A stretch of 63,241 bases of DNA, the filler included, from Chiloscyllium plagiosum (Eukaryota), in assembly GCF_004010195.1 (NCBI RefSeq). It is 5 parts of one record of this genome, joined end to end, with 100 filler letters (N's around TTAATTAATTAA, not from the genome) between each part and the next. Parts side by side here need not be neighbours in the genome. Positions count along the whole stretch, not along the records: positions 22,632 to 42,300 come from NC_057710.1; 4 more parts are not named here. The stretch is one strand, 5' to 3'. A program made the position numbers and the translations under genes. The notes under the pieces were generated by a model that did not search any database, had not been told where the DNA came from, and was given only the letters and a program-made list of their open reading frames with translations. Shown in pieces: positions 25,705-37,380 of the stretch. The first letter of the stretch is position 1; each line of letters begins with the position of its first letter.

Positions 25705-26457
25705 AGTTAAAAATCACACAACACCAGGCACCAGGTTATAGTGCAACAGGTTTAATTGGAAGCACTAGCTTTCGGAGCGCCGCTCCTTCATCAGGTGGTT
25801 GTGGAGTACACAATTGTTCGGCACAGAACTTATAGCAAACATTTACAGTGTGATGTAACTGAAATTATACATTGAAAAATATCTTGATTCTCTGTTGAGT
25901 CTTTCGACCTCAGGTCTTCGAGTGACCATCCTCCAAGGTGGACTTCGAGACAGGGACTGGGAGGGAACAATCCTGTCCATTGATTGCTGTGCGGTGCCCA
26001 TTCATCCATTGCCGTAGCCTTTGCTCAGTTTCCCCAATGTACCATGCCTCAGGGCATCCTTGTCTGCAACGTATAAGACAGACAACGTTAGCTGAGTCAC
26101 ATGACTACCTGCCATGTACACACTGGGAGGTGTCCCCACGTGTAATGGTGGTATCCATGTCCACGATAGGCGCTTGTATTGTCATTTACACATGTAAGAA
26201 GTGAAACTATCATGCTATTCGAACAGATGAAGGACTCAACAGATAATCAAGGTATTTTTCAATGTATAATTTCAGTTACATCACACTGTAAACTTTTGCT
26301 ATAAATTCTGTGCTTTACAATTGTGTCCTCCACAACCATCTGATGAAGGATCAGCGCTCCGAAGGCTAGTGCTTCCAATTAAACCTGTTGGACTATAACC
26401 TGGTGTTGTGTGATTTTTAACTTTGTACACCCCAGTTCAACACCAGCATTTCCAAAT
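25705..26457. mobile_element. Penelope-like insertion: two inverted pLTRs (about 200-230 bp) flanking a GIY-YIG endonuclease fragment
   Basis: Minus strand 25985-26120 reads SCDSANVVCLIRCRQGCPEAWYIGETEQRLRQWMNGHRTAI. Arms about 25706-25906 and 26228-26457. TSD CATGTCCATACAT at 25692-25704 and 26458-26470. Confidence 0.9.
25763..25797 (-). ncRNA. Minimal type I hammerhead ribozyme, intact core
   Basis: Minus strand CAC-CTGATGA-A-GGAGC-GGC-GCTCC-GAAAGCTA-GTG. Stem I CAC/GTG, stem II GGAGC/GCTCC, palindromic AGCT stem III. Confidence 0.8.
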
Positions 26458-26533
26458 CATGTCCATACATGACTCAGAGATGCTGGTCTTTTGGCAGATA
26501 TCCAATGAGGGATGAGTTATCCCAGGATAAGAT

Positions 26534-26661
26534 AGAGAAAGTGAGGACTGCAGATGCTGGAGATCAGAGTCAAAGAGTGTGATGCTAGAAAAACACGACT
26601 GGTCAGACAGCATCCAAGGAGCAGAAGAGTCGACTCTTCAGGCATAAGCTCTTCATCAGGA
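26534..26661 (-). mobile_element. Short Penelope-like pLTR insertion
   Basis: GAGAAAGTGAGGACTGCAGATGCTGGAGATCAGAG...CTTCATCAGGAA, flanked by ATAAGAT on both sides; hammerhead decayed. Confidence 0.7.
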
Positions 26662-26829
26662 ATAAGATGGGACTAGAACTGGATGTGAGATGTGGTGTGG
26701 TATATGGTTAATGAGGCATGTCTGGTAAGATACAAAGAGAAATCTCACTTAGTGCTGTGGTGGGAAACTCTATAGATAACACAGAGAAACTCACACTTAA
26801 CCTGAAAAAAAATGTTCAGCCCTCAGCAT

Positions 26830-27598
26830 ATTATCCACTTACTGCAGCAATTGATAAAAAAAAGCACTTTCCCTTCCATTTCAAAATGCACTTGCTACCA
26901 TGGTTTTCTTGTCATTGACCGTGCAGTGAAAAGAGCTTTGGTTGTCACTTCTCATTCTGAGATACACTTCACAATCTTTCAATGTCTTGACATAACTATG
27001 GATACCAAAAATAGCTTCTTGCCTTTGCTTTTATGCTGACTATCCCTGAGTACTCTTGAAAAAATTCCTCAATCTCTCACTAAACCTTGGTGGAATAATA
27101 ACTCATAAAACCCCAAAGGAAATATCTTTGATCAACATTCAGTCCAATTCTACATGTGAAGTATTCCTGTAATTGTTCATTATGACACCCGTTAGGCCAA
27201 CCATTCACAATACCACACATTTAACAAACACTCCTGAGTTAAATGGGAATTATTTTACATGCATAAATGATATGACTACTTCTACTAGAGAAGGTAATGA
27301 AAAGGCTCTCAAGGCTGTGACGTAAATAAAGAGCTCAATGAATGGTTACTCTGAACAGTGTCATAGGGAGCAAATTACAGGAGTATTTATGTAGAATTGG
27401 ACTGAGTGTTGATCAAGCTTTTTCCTATGGGGTTATATGAATTATTTTCAAGCAAGATTTAATGACTGTTTGTTTGGGGAATTTCATCAGGAGCACTCAG
27501 GGGATAATCAATATATAAGTAATATCAAGAATTTATTTTGGTATCCAAAAATAGATCACGATTTTGAAGAGTTTCTGAAAAGTTGTAAAATGTGTCTC
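26830..27598. mobile_element. Two inverted, decayed copies of a Gypsy pol (integrase HHCC region) fragment
   Basis: Right arm encodes LSVDQ..LWG..EFHQEHSG..WYPKIDHDFEEFLKSCKMC. Left arm 26959-27208 is its diverged reverse complement and continues leftward into integrase core-like sequence. Confidence 0.75.
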
Positions 27599-27959
27599 TA
27601 AGTCAATCCTGAAGAGTAGATTGAAAAACACTATGAATTTTACACAAGAAGTTACTGGAAATATCGTCATTGGTAGCTGACCTTTCGATTTTGAGATTCT
27701 TGTCTTTTGATGGTAGCTGACTGGCGGTACTCAGTGCAAGCACCTTTTCTTTCATTATCTACATTGCAGGAATGTTTAATGGTTATGTCAATGCTGTGAC
27801 CTTCACAGCATTAATCCATACACAAGGTATGTAAAGGCGCTAACACAGACAGACTAGGATTGAAGCTTATTTTTTGCTATTTATTTTGAAAAAGGGAAAA
27901 TGTAAATGTGCTTCTTGCCCAGACTACAACCTTTTTTTAACTACCATATTCGCAATTTA

Positions 27960-28740
27960 AGATATGCAAGGATATTGGCTTTCATTAGCAGGGGAATTGA
28001 TCTTAAGAGCAACAAGGTTATGCTGCAGTTCCATAGAGCCTAAATGAGACCACACTTGGAATATTGTCTTCAGTTCTGGTCGCCTCATTATAGGAAAGAT
28101 ATGGAAGCTTTTGAGAGGGGAGAGTGTAGAGGAGATTTATGAAGATGCTGCCTGGACTGGAGGGCATGCCTTATGAAGAAAGGTTCAGGGAGCTAAGGAT
28201 TTTCACATTGGCGTGAAGAAAGAGGAGAGGTGACTTGATAGAGGTGTACAGGATAATGAGTGGCATAGATAGAATGAATAGTCAGATAGTTTATTTTCCC
28301 AGGGCAGAAATGGTTATCAAAATAGGGCATGATTTGAAGATGCCAGTGTTGGACTGGGGTGTACAAAGTTAAAGACCACACAACACCAGGTTATAGTTCA
28401 ACAGGTTTAATTGGAAGCACTAGTTTTCGGAGCGCCGCTCCTTCATCAGGTGGTTGTGGGCAATGGGGCATAATTTTAAGATGATTGCAGGAGGGTTTTG
28501 GGGAGATGTCAAAGGTAGGTTCTTTACACAGAGAGTGGCAGGTTGTGGATTGCACTGCCAACGGTCGGAGTAGAGTCAGATACATTAGGGACCTTTAAGC
28601 AACTCTTGGATAGGCACATGGATGATAGTAAAATTAAGTGTATTAGGTTAGTTTGATCTTAGAATAGAATAAAAGTTTGGCACAATATGAAGGGTCAAAG
28701 GGCCTGTGCTGTGCTGTACTGTTCTATGATCTATGTTCTA
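27960..28740 (+). mobile_element. 5'-truncated CR1 LINE with nested Penelope pLTR (about 28331-28460)
   Basis: RPHLEYCLQFWSPHYRKD motif and (ATGTTCT)-type tail. Nested pLTR flanked by AATAGGGCAT / AATGGGGCAT. Confidence 0.85.
28418..28452 (-). ncRNA. Minimal hammerhead ribozyme (stem III variant)
   Basis: Minus strand CAC-CTGATGA-A-GGAGC-GGC-GCTCC-GAAAACTA-GTG; the AGCT palindrome is changed to AACT. Confidence 0.6.
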
Positions 28741-29444
28741 CAATTTAGTCTGTAGTCCATATTCCCTATTTGACTTTTCTTTGCCACATGCAAGTTTGAT
28801 ATTCCATAGTTCCTCTCCAGACAGCTACCAGATTTAAATCTGCAGTCATCTTGGCTATATAAGTCCTCTTTTTAAAAAGACGTGTTTGAATTTAAAAGCT
28901 TGATATGCCCTTCGGTGATTTAGGGTTATGATTTGTAGCCATGACAATAGCTAAGAATGAATTAGTCTTTGTGGTAAATCTCAGAAGAACATTTTGTCAT
29001 GTTCTGCTGACTTACTTCTTCATGTAACACTGGCTAATTTTATCATTTGGCCTTCCTTGAAGGGAGAGAATTATGATACACTCCTACTGATCCCTACTGA
29101 AAATAACTCAGCCCAGCTTAACTGGGTATCTTTAGCCATTTTTTCCCATCTGGGACACTTTCTTATCACCACCTGAGAAAAGTATTAGTGTCATGATATT
29201 CCATTCAAGCTAACTTCACATACGCTGTGAATTGAATTGAAGAACTTCAATTAATTAATCAGTTTCACACCAGTTTTGCAAAAGGTTAAATAATTTAGGT
29301 GCCTTCTTTTCTTCCCTTTCAAGTTTACACATTTACCACTGTTGGAGCTGTATCAAACATTAAAGTAAATTGTGATTTGTTTGTTTGCATTTTTACTGTG
29401 GGTGCAGTCCTTCTGCTCATCTTCCTTGTGCTGTTTTCACTCTT

Positions 29445-30040
29445 TTGGAGTTGTACAGCACAGAAACAGACCCTTCTTTCCAACTCATCCCTGCCGGCCA
29501 AATTTCCCAAACTAAATTAGTCCCACTAGCCTACATTTGGCCCATATTCCTCTAAAGCTTTCCTATTCAAGTGCCTATCCAAATGTCTTTTAAATGTTGT
29601 ATATGTACCTGCATCTATCACTTCCTCTGGCGGTTCATTCCGTATACAAACATCGTCTGTGTGAAAAACTTGCCCCTCTGGTCCTTTTCTCCTCTCACCT
29701 TAAAAATATCCCCCATAGTTTTGAACTCCCCCACCCTACGGAAAAGACCTTTAGCTATTCATCTTATTTATGGCCCTTGTGATCTTATAAACTTCTATAA
29801 GGCCACCCCTCAATCCCTACACTCCAGTGAAATATGTCCCAGCCTAGCCAGCCTCTTCTTATAATTCAAACCCTCCAACCCTGGCAACATCCTGGTAAAT
29901 CTTTTCTGAACCCTTTCCAATTTAATAAATCCTCCCTACAGTAGGGTGACCCGAATTATGCACAGTACTTAAAGTGGCCTCACCAATGTCCTGTACATCC
30001 CAACTCCTATACTCGGTGGCCTGGACAATGAAGGCATGCA
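29445..30040 (-). mobile_element. CR1 LINE 3' fragment
   Basis: MYRTLVRPL motif at about 29970-30000 and CR1 3' UTR at about 29450-29560. Confidence 0.8.
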
Positions 30041-30059
30041 TGTATCGCTTTCTGTTCGC

Positions 30060-30255
30060 ATGTCTACCAAATACACACCAGGAATTCCAGACTTCTGAGC
30101 CAGCTTTAAATCTGCCATGACCTCAACCCAAGCATTGCTGTGAGCTGGAGCTACACCATGGCCTGTGGCATTGTCATTTCTTCTATGCCTCCATACTGTT
30201 TTTACATGGTCAATTTTCCCACAGGCAAAGCAGTTTAATGGAAATGCTGACATTT
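30060..30255 (-). mobile_element. Decayed LTR-retrotransposon gag zinc-knuckle fragment
   Basis: ORF 29969-30253 begins ...NCFACGKIDHVKTVW, a CX2CX4HX4C knuckle with the last C replaced by W. Confidence 0.45.
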
Positions 30256-30419
30256 AAATTGTTGGTTCTACCTTGGTTGATGGTAGGTGGTAGATGCAAA
30301 ATCTCTACAGGTTATTTTTATCTATTATAGTAAGATTTATGTTATTCCTCATAACATAAGAAATTAGATATGGGCATCATGGTACTGAAGAAGCCAACAG
30401 ACATTTATGACAGATTTAA

Positions 30420-30650
30420 AAGGGACCTGGACCACATTTTTCATAAAGAAGGTGGTGGAATGAGCTGCCAGAGGAAGTAGTGGATATTGATACAATTACG
30501 ACACATAAAAGGCATCTAGGTGGGTAGATGAATAGGAAGGGTTCAGAGGGATATGAGACAAATACTGGCAAATGGGAAGAGAACAGTTTAAGATATCTGG
30601 TCTGCATGGATGAGTTGGACCGAAGGGTCTGTTTCTATGCTGTATAACAC
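30420..30650 (+). mobile_element. CR1 LINE 3' end
   Basis: WNELPEEVV motif and a 3' UTR like that at 59020-59220. Confidence 0.75.
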
Positions 30651-30898
30651 TACAACAACAAGCTATTATGTAAAAATTACATTCAAGTAACATCAGTGTT
30701 TGTGCTAACATTATACCATTAGGTTATAACAGGAGCTTGATTTCAGTTGTGTGTGTCATACTTCAAGAGAGCCCCAGGGTAAGATGTAGGATGAGACCTT
30801 TGTAACCTGAATTCACGTGCTATAATACAGGGATGATAACATCTCTTTATGGTTTACTTACATACTGATGGGGAAACATCACACACATTCCTGTCTTA

Positions 30899-30979
30899 TG
30901 ATAGCGTCACTCCAAAAGCTAGTGTGCTTCCAATTAAACCTGTTGGACTATAACCTGGTGTTGTGTGATTTTTAACTTT
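30899..30979 (+). mobile_element. 81-bp Penelope pLTR insertion
   Basis: Perfect TSD ATTCCTGTCTTA at 30887-30898 and 30980-30991. The insert starts within hammerhead stem II. Confidence 0.8.
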
Positions 30980-32309
30980 ATTCCTGTCTTAGATCGTGAA
31001 TTTGATTGTCTTGGCTAGAACCTAGGGTCCTCTTCTCTTAAAAACAGAAACTCCTTTGCAAACTGCAAATATTTTTTCAGCCATTTCCATGGCTATGGCC
31101 TCATTGCAGGCCACCTCGACATGTGAGCTTATTGCCTTTGTTCAAAAAGCTTGCAAGAATTTTATTGTTGCTTGCACATGTTTTTTTTTCCAAAGTTTGT
31201 GCCATGCTCTCAGAGACAAGAGAGTTTCTTTAATTTAAAAAATGTAATGTACAACTGTTTTCCTTGGCAGCTGCTTCTTTGAGAGAACATAACTCCCAGT
31301 GCAATCCAATCCTCAGTTGTGGTTTAATATGAGTTCAGAATCTCATAATTTCAGCAAGTTCCACATTTTCCAGGTCCCACGGCCAATACTGTCTATTGTC
31401 ACCTCAAAAGCATTATAATCAGAAAATATTTATTTATCCACAGCTCTTATTTATCTTTATCCAAATGTTTAGTACTCAGATAATTCTACCAGTCCCCTTT
31501 TGTTAGGATTGAATCCTGCCATTGTCCCTAATACAACTTCGGTGCTATTTTTGCAATTATGTACAGTCCTAACTCACAGCATTCAGGTAAGTAATGTGTA
31601 CACAAAACAATCTTTCAAACTGCTCAAACCTCTCCATGACCAAATCTGAGAATTCCAAACAAAATGTAAAATAATATTCCAGTCCAGTGTTGCCACCATC
31701 TTTCTGCTGTGTACTGCACTGAGTAATACTAACACACGGTCAATTGCAGACAGCTGTTATTGAACAAATTTAATTTACACTCTCCCCACAGAGAGGGCAA
31801 CATAACATAATGCTCAAACCTTGCAATGCACTTCAGTATGTAAGCGTCACGATTTTTATTTTGTGCATTGAATGCAAAAGAAAAGCAAAGTAAACAACGG
31901 ATTTTCTTGTAGGTACTCATTGCTGGACACAATGCTGAAAGTTTCTTCAATTTTCTGTCCCAGAATGAGCATCCATCAGACACTGACCACAAGAAAATTA
32001 TCATTTTCACTTATGGTTTCAAAGCAATCCCAAATTGAGGAGGAGCAGGAGGGTAAACTCTTTCATGCAATGATGGTTTTGTGTCAAACTGAAATCTGAA
32101 CAAAAAAAGTAACCAATTAAAGCACTTCAGCATTTTTTAAAATTCATGTAGCACTGAACTCTGCCAAAGATACCACAGACCACTGTTTCCTACTTGTTGA
32201 CTAATTTATTACATTAAGAAATCAATAAACTCACACAGGCAGCATTACAAATACTTCTGATTCTGCTACTAATGAACTAAAGTACCTCAAAAGATTAGCA
32301 GCAACTAAA

Positions 32310-32645
32310 TAGACCATTAGACCATAAGGAATAGGACTAGGCCATTTGGCCCATCAAGCCTGCACCACCATCATGGCTGATCTGACATTCCCACATCCAC
32401 TTTCCAGAATTTTTCCCATAGCCCTTGATAACCCTGCTGATCTATCTCGGAATTAAACATACACAAGGATGTTGTCCCCACAGCTCTCTGTGGCAAGGAG
32501 TTCCAAAGATTCTCAACCCTCAGAAGAAATTCTTCCTCAATGCAATTGGTGCCACTTTATTCTGGGATGATGCCTTCTGGTCTTAGACACTCCCACGAGT
32601 CCAGCATTTACCCTGTCAAGCCCTTTTAAGAATACTATGATTTTT
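32310..32645 (-). mobile_element. CR1 LINE 3' fragment
   Basis: AGACCATTAGACCATAAG tail and GGAGTTCCAAAGATTCTCAACCCT (RVENLWNS on the minus strand). Confidence 0.7.
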
Positions 32646-32649
32646 CAGT

Positions 32650-34580
32650 GAGATCTGAACAAACTTTGTGAATTTCTGCAGTACATCTTGTAGATAGTAC
32701 ACACTGCTGCTACTGAGCACTGGAGGTGGAGGGAGTGGAAGCCTGTGGATGAAGTCCCAATCAAGCGGGCTGCTTTGTACGGGATGGTTAGAGACAAAAA
32801 AAACTGCAGATGCTGGAATCCAAGGCAGACAAGCAAGCGGCTGGGACAATACATCAAACAAGACAGCATCAGGAGGTGGGGAAAGAAGAAGGGTTGCACC
32901 CAAAACGTAGACTTCTCCACCAACTGATGCTGCCTGGCTTGCTGCGTTCTCCCATCCTCCTGCTTGTACTGGATGATGTCAAGCTTCTTGAGTATTGTTG
33001 GAGCTGTACCCATCCAGGAATTGGGGAGTATTCCATCACTCTCCTGACTTGTGCCTTGTAGATGCTGGTCAGGTTGTGGAGAGTCAGGGGGTGAGTTACT
33101 TACAGCAGTATTTCTAGCTTCTGACCTGCTCTTGTAGTCACTGTGTTTGTGGTAAGTCTAGTTGAGATTCTAGTCAATCCCAAAGATATTGATAGTCGCA
33201 GGTTAGTGATGTTAATACTATTGAATGTCAAGGTGGATATTGCCTGGCATTGGCGTGGCGTGAATGTTACTTGCCACTTGACAGCCTGGATATTGTTCAG
33301 GTCTTGTTGCATTTGAGCAAGAACTGCTTCAGCATCTGAGGTGTCATAAATGGTGCTGAACATCAGCGAACATTGCTACTTCTGACCTTATGATGGAGGG
33401 AAGGTCATTGATGAAGCAGCTGTAGATGGTTGGGTCAAGCACACTACCCTGAGGAAGTCCTGCAGAGATGTCCTAGAGAAGAGATGACTGACCTCGAACA
33501 ACTATGACCATCTTCCTATGTGCCAGGTATGACTCTAGCCAGCGGAGATTTGGCCCTGATACCCATTGATCCCAGTTTTGCTGAGTTCCTTGATGCCAAA
33601 CTCGGTCAAATGCAGCCTTGATGTCAAGAGCCATCACTCTCACCTCATCTCTGGATTTCAGCTCTTTTGTCCATGTTTGAACCAAGGCTATAACGAGGTC
33701 AGGAGCTGAGTGGCCCGGGTGGAACCCAAACTGGGCGTCACTGAGCAGGTTATTGCTGCGCAGATACTGCTTGATAGCACTGTTGATGACACCTTCCATC
33801 ACTCTATTGATGATCGAGAGTAGCCTGATGGGCTGGTAATTGGGTGGGTTGGATTTGTCCAGCTTTTTATGTAAAGACATACCTGGGCAATTTTCCACAT
33901 TGTTAGGTAGATACCAGTGTTGTAACTGTACTGGAAGAGCTTGGCTAGGGGAACGGTAAGTTCTGGAGCACAAGTGCTCAGTATTATTGCTGGACTGTTG
34001 CCAAGGCCCTTAGCCTTTGCAGTTTCTAGTGCCTCCACCTGTTTCTTGATATCACGTGGAGTGAATTGAATTGGCTGAGTGCTGGTATCGATGATGCTGG
34101 GGTCCACTGGAGGGAGCCAAGGTAGATCATCCACTCAGCATTTCTAGTGGAAGCTGTAAATGCTTCAAACATATCTTTTGCACTGATGTGTTAGGCTCTT
34201 CTGATCATTGAGGAAGGGGATATTTGTGGAGTGTCCTGCTCCAATTAATTGTTTAATTGTCTGCCACTATTCCAGCTTGGATTTGACAGCAGTGCAGATC
34301 TTAGATGTGATCTGTTGCTTGTGGGATTGCTTAGCTCTGTCTATCACTTCTGCTTATGCTGTCGGGCATACCTGTTTGGGAGTGGCTTCATCAGGTTGCC
34401 ACCTCATTTTGACGTACATCTGGTGCAGCTCCAGGCATACCCTCCTGTACTCTCCATTGAACTAGGCTTGATCCCCTGATTTGATGGTAATGGTTGAGTG
34501 GAGTAATAATCAAGCCATGAGGATGCAGATTGTGCTGGAGGTACAATTCTACTGCTGTTGATGGTCCACAACATCTCATA
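32650..34580 (-). mobile_element. CR1/L2-group LINE ('family B'), disrupted RT region
   Basis: FTPRDIKK, CAPEL..PLAKLFQYSYNTGIY..MWKIAQV, NYQPIRLLSII, QFGF..GHSAPDL, ALDIKAAFDRVWHQG. Confidence 0.88.
32788..32962. mobile_element. Fold-back Penelope-like pLTR insertion nested in a LINE
   Basis: Inverted CAGCATCAG / CTGATGCTG arms; decayed hammerhead GAAGAAGGGTTGCACCCAAAACGT. Flanked by TTGTACGGGATGGT / TTGTACTGGATGAT. Confidence 0.65.
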
Positions 34581-37380
34581 GATTTCCTCTATCTATTGTG
34601 TTTGAGACTTCCTCAAAAAAAATCTAATAAATTAGTTAGCTACAGTTTCCATTTTATGAAGTTGTGCTGACATTGCTTGATTAGATTACATTTTTCCAAA
34701 TGTGCTGCTATTGCTTTCTTAATTGATTCCAATATTTTTCCAACAGTAGATGTCAAGCTATTTGGCCTATAGTTACTTGTTTTATGCCTCCTTCCCATTT
34801 TGAATATGGGTATCACATTGTCAGCTTTCCAATTCTCTAGTCCTTCTCCAGACCTTTTGGAAAATTACCACCGATGTATTCATCTGGAGCTATCCTTTAG
34901 GATTCTAAAATGCAAGTCTTCAGGGCCAGGGGACTTATCTGACTTTAGCCCCATTAGTTTGTCGAATAATAGTTCTCTAGTGATGTAGATGGTGTTTAAT
35001 TTCTCCCCCATATTCTTTAATATTAATGGGATGATTTGAAGTATGTACTACCAAAAGGACCGTTGCAAAGCATCTATTTATCTTTGCTGTCAATTCCTTG
35101 TTCCTGAAAACTGTTTACCCAGATTCATTTTCTGAGAGGCTTATGTTCACTTTGACTACTCTTTTCCTTTTTATATATTTTTTAAAAACTCTTATTTTCA
35201 ATTTGTATATCCCTTGCTAGTTTGCCCTTGTCTATTTTCTCTCTTTCTTATCTTTTTAATCCTCCTTTGCAGGGTTCTGAATTTATCCCAGTTTTGGTGG
35301 CTATTACTGACTATGGCCTGCTTTTTTATGCTTTTTCTTTCAACTTAATTCTCTCCTTAGCTTCCTTGGTTATCCATGGTGGGTTTATCCATCTCTGAGA
35401 ACTTTTCCTCCTTACTGGAATACATTTTTTGCTGTGTCATTAATTACTTCCTTTAAATGTCTGCTACTGTTTACTTAATGTCATTTGTGCTAATCTTTCT
35501 CCCCGGCTCACTTTAGCTAACTCAATCCTTATTTCATTGTAATTCCCTCCATTTCAGTTTAGCACAATGATTCTGACCCAGGTTTCTCACTCTCAAGCTG
35601 AATATTAAATTCATCATGTTATGATCGCTACTTTCTAAAGGATCTTTTACTCTGAGATTATTTATTAAACCTTTTCATAACCCATTACCAGATCCAAGAT
35701 AGCCTACTCCCTGATTGGCTTTATGATATATTGCTGTAGGAAACTACCTCTAATGCATTCGATAAATTTGTTGTCATAGCTACCAATTTGATTAACCCAG
35801 TCAACATGAAGATTAAAGATATCCTCCAGCACAATCTGCATCCTCATGGCTTGATTATTCTATTCTTTTTACATGATCCTATTATTTGTTAATTTATTTC
35901 CTACATAGTAGCTGCTGTTTGGCAAATCTGTACACTACTCCTGTTCGGGACTACTCCTATTAATATCCTCTTTCCCTTGATATTGTTTAACTCTGCCCAA
36001 ATGGACTCTACATCCTCTAAACCTAGATCCTCTCACAACTGTGCTCATTTCACCTCTTATTAAAATGCTACTCCCACTCCTTTTTAATCTCTCCTGTCTC
36101 TCAAATATCCCTGAATGTTATGTTTCTAGTTTTGACCTCCTTGGAAGCATGATCCATAAATGGTGATGAGATCATATTAACTTACCTCAATTTATGCCAT
36201 CAGTTCATCCACCTCATTCTGAATGCTTTGTGCATTAAGATACATAGCCTTCATGTTTGTTTTATTATTGAATTTCCGAACACTTTTATGGTTCGTTGGT
36301 ACAATATGGCATTATGTCCCTCCTTTTTATTTTCTGGTAATAGTCAATCACTTCACCAATTCTACTTTTTCCTTTACCTTTGATTTTATAATTTTTCAAG
36401 CAACTGAACCATCCCCCAACTATCTACTTTAAAGTCCTATCCACGGCCCTAGTTATGCGATTTTCCGGGACTCTGGTCCCAGCATGATTCAGGTGGATTA
36501 GAGTGGTGCTGGAAAAGCACAGCAGTGATTCAGGTGGAGCCAATCCCAGCAAAAGAGCTCCCTCCTTCCCCAGTACTAATGTCAATGTCCCATTAATTCA
36601 AATGCACTTCTTCCATATCAATCTTTGAGCCTCGCATTTACCTTGTTGACCCTGTGCCAATTAGCTCATGGTTCAGGCAATATTCCAGAGATTATTACCT
36701 TTTTTGGCTTCTGTTTCTTAATTTATTGCTACTCATATCCCCTTAGCAGAACCTCTTTCCTCTTTCTACCTATATTGTTGGTACCTATATGGGCAACAAC
36801 AACTGGATCTTTCCCCACAAATTCTTGTGCAGGGCAGATGTGATATCCTGAGCTCAGGCACCAGGCAGGCAACACAGCATTCGGGACTCTCAATCCTGGC
36901 CACAGAAAACAGTATCTGTTCCCCTAAGTATACAATCCCCAATTACAATTGTATTTTCTTCCCTCCTCTTGAATGGATCCCTGTACCATGGTTCTATGGT
37001 CAGTTTTGCCTTCTTCCCTACAGCCCCCACTCTCATCCAGACAGGGAGCAAGAACCTCGAACCTGTTAGACAACCTCAAGGTCTAATGTTCCTTTAGCAC
37101 TACCTCCTGGATCCCTCTAACTGTCTCATTCATAGTGACACTTCCTGTTCCTGACCACTGCCTAACTACCTCAAATTCAATTGAATGTTGTGACTGCCTC
37201 CTGTAATAGAATCCAGAATGTTCTCCCCCTCCTTGATGTGTTGCGGTGTTCAAAGCTTAGACTCCAGCTCTGAGTTTCTTAAGCAACCAACACTTGCTAC
37301 AGGTGCAGTCACAATGAATCACAATGGGGTTCACCAGCTCCCATACCATGCAGGCACAACACATCACCTGGCCCTGCATC
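34581..37380 (-). mobile_element. Old CR1 LINE 5' half (ORF1 with SGNH esterase, endonuclease, start of RT), heavily decayed
   Basis: KSPGPE at about 34920-34935 and NYRPNSLTS near 34755-34775. ORF1 YWGRRELFCWDWLHLNH at about 36526-36576, homologous to 20762-20810. Confidence 0.75.

Noticed and set aside
16490..30979. Recurring repeat with palindromic parts, superficially like CRISPR repeats or MITEs
   Set aside because: Dispersed with no spacers and vertebrate context; explained as Penelope pLTR copies.
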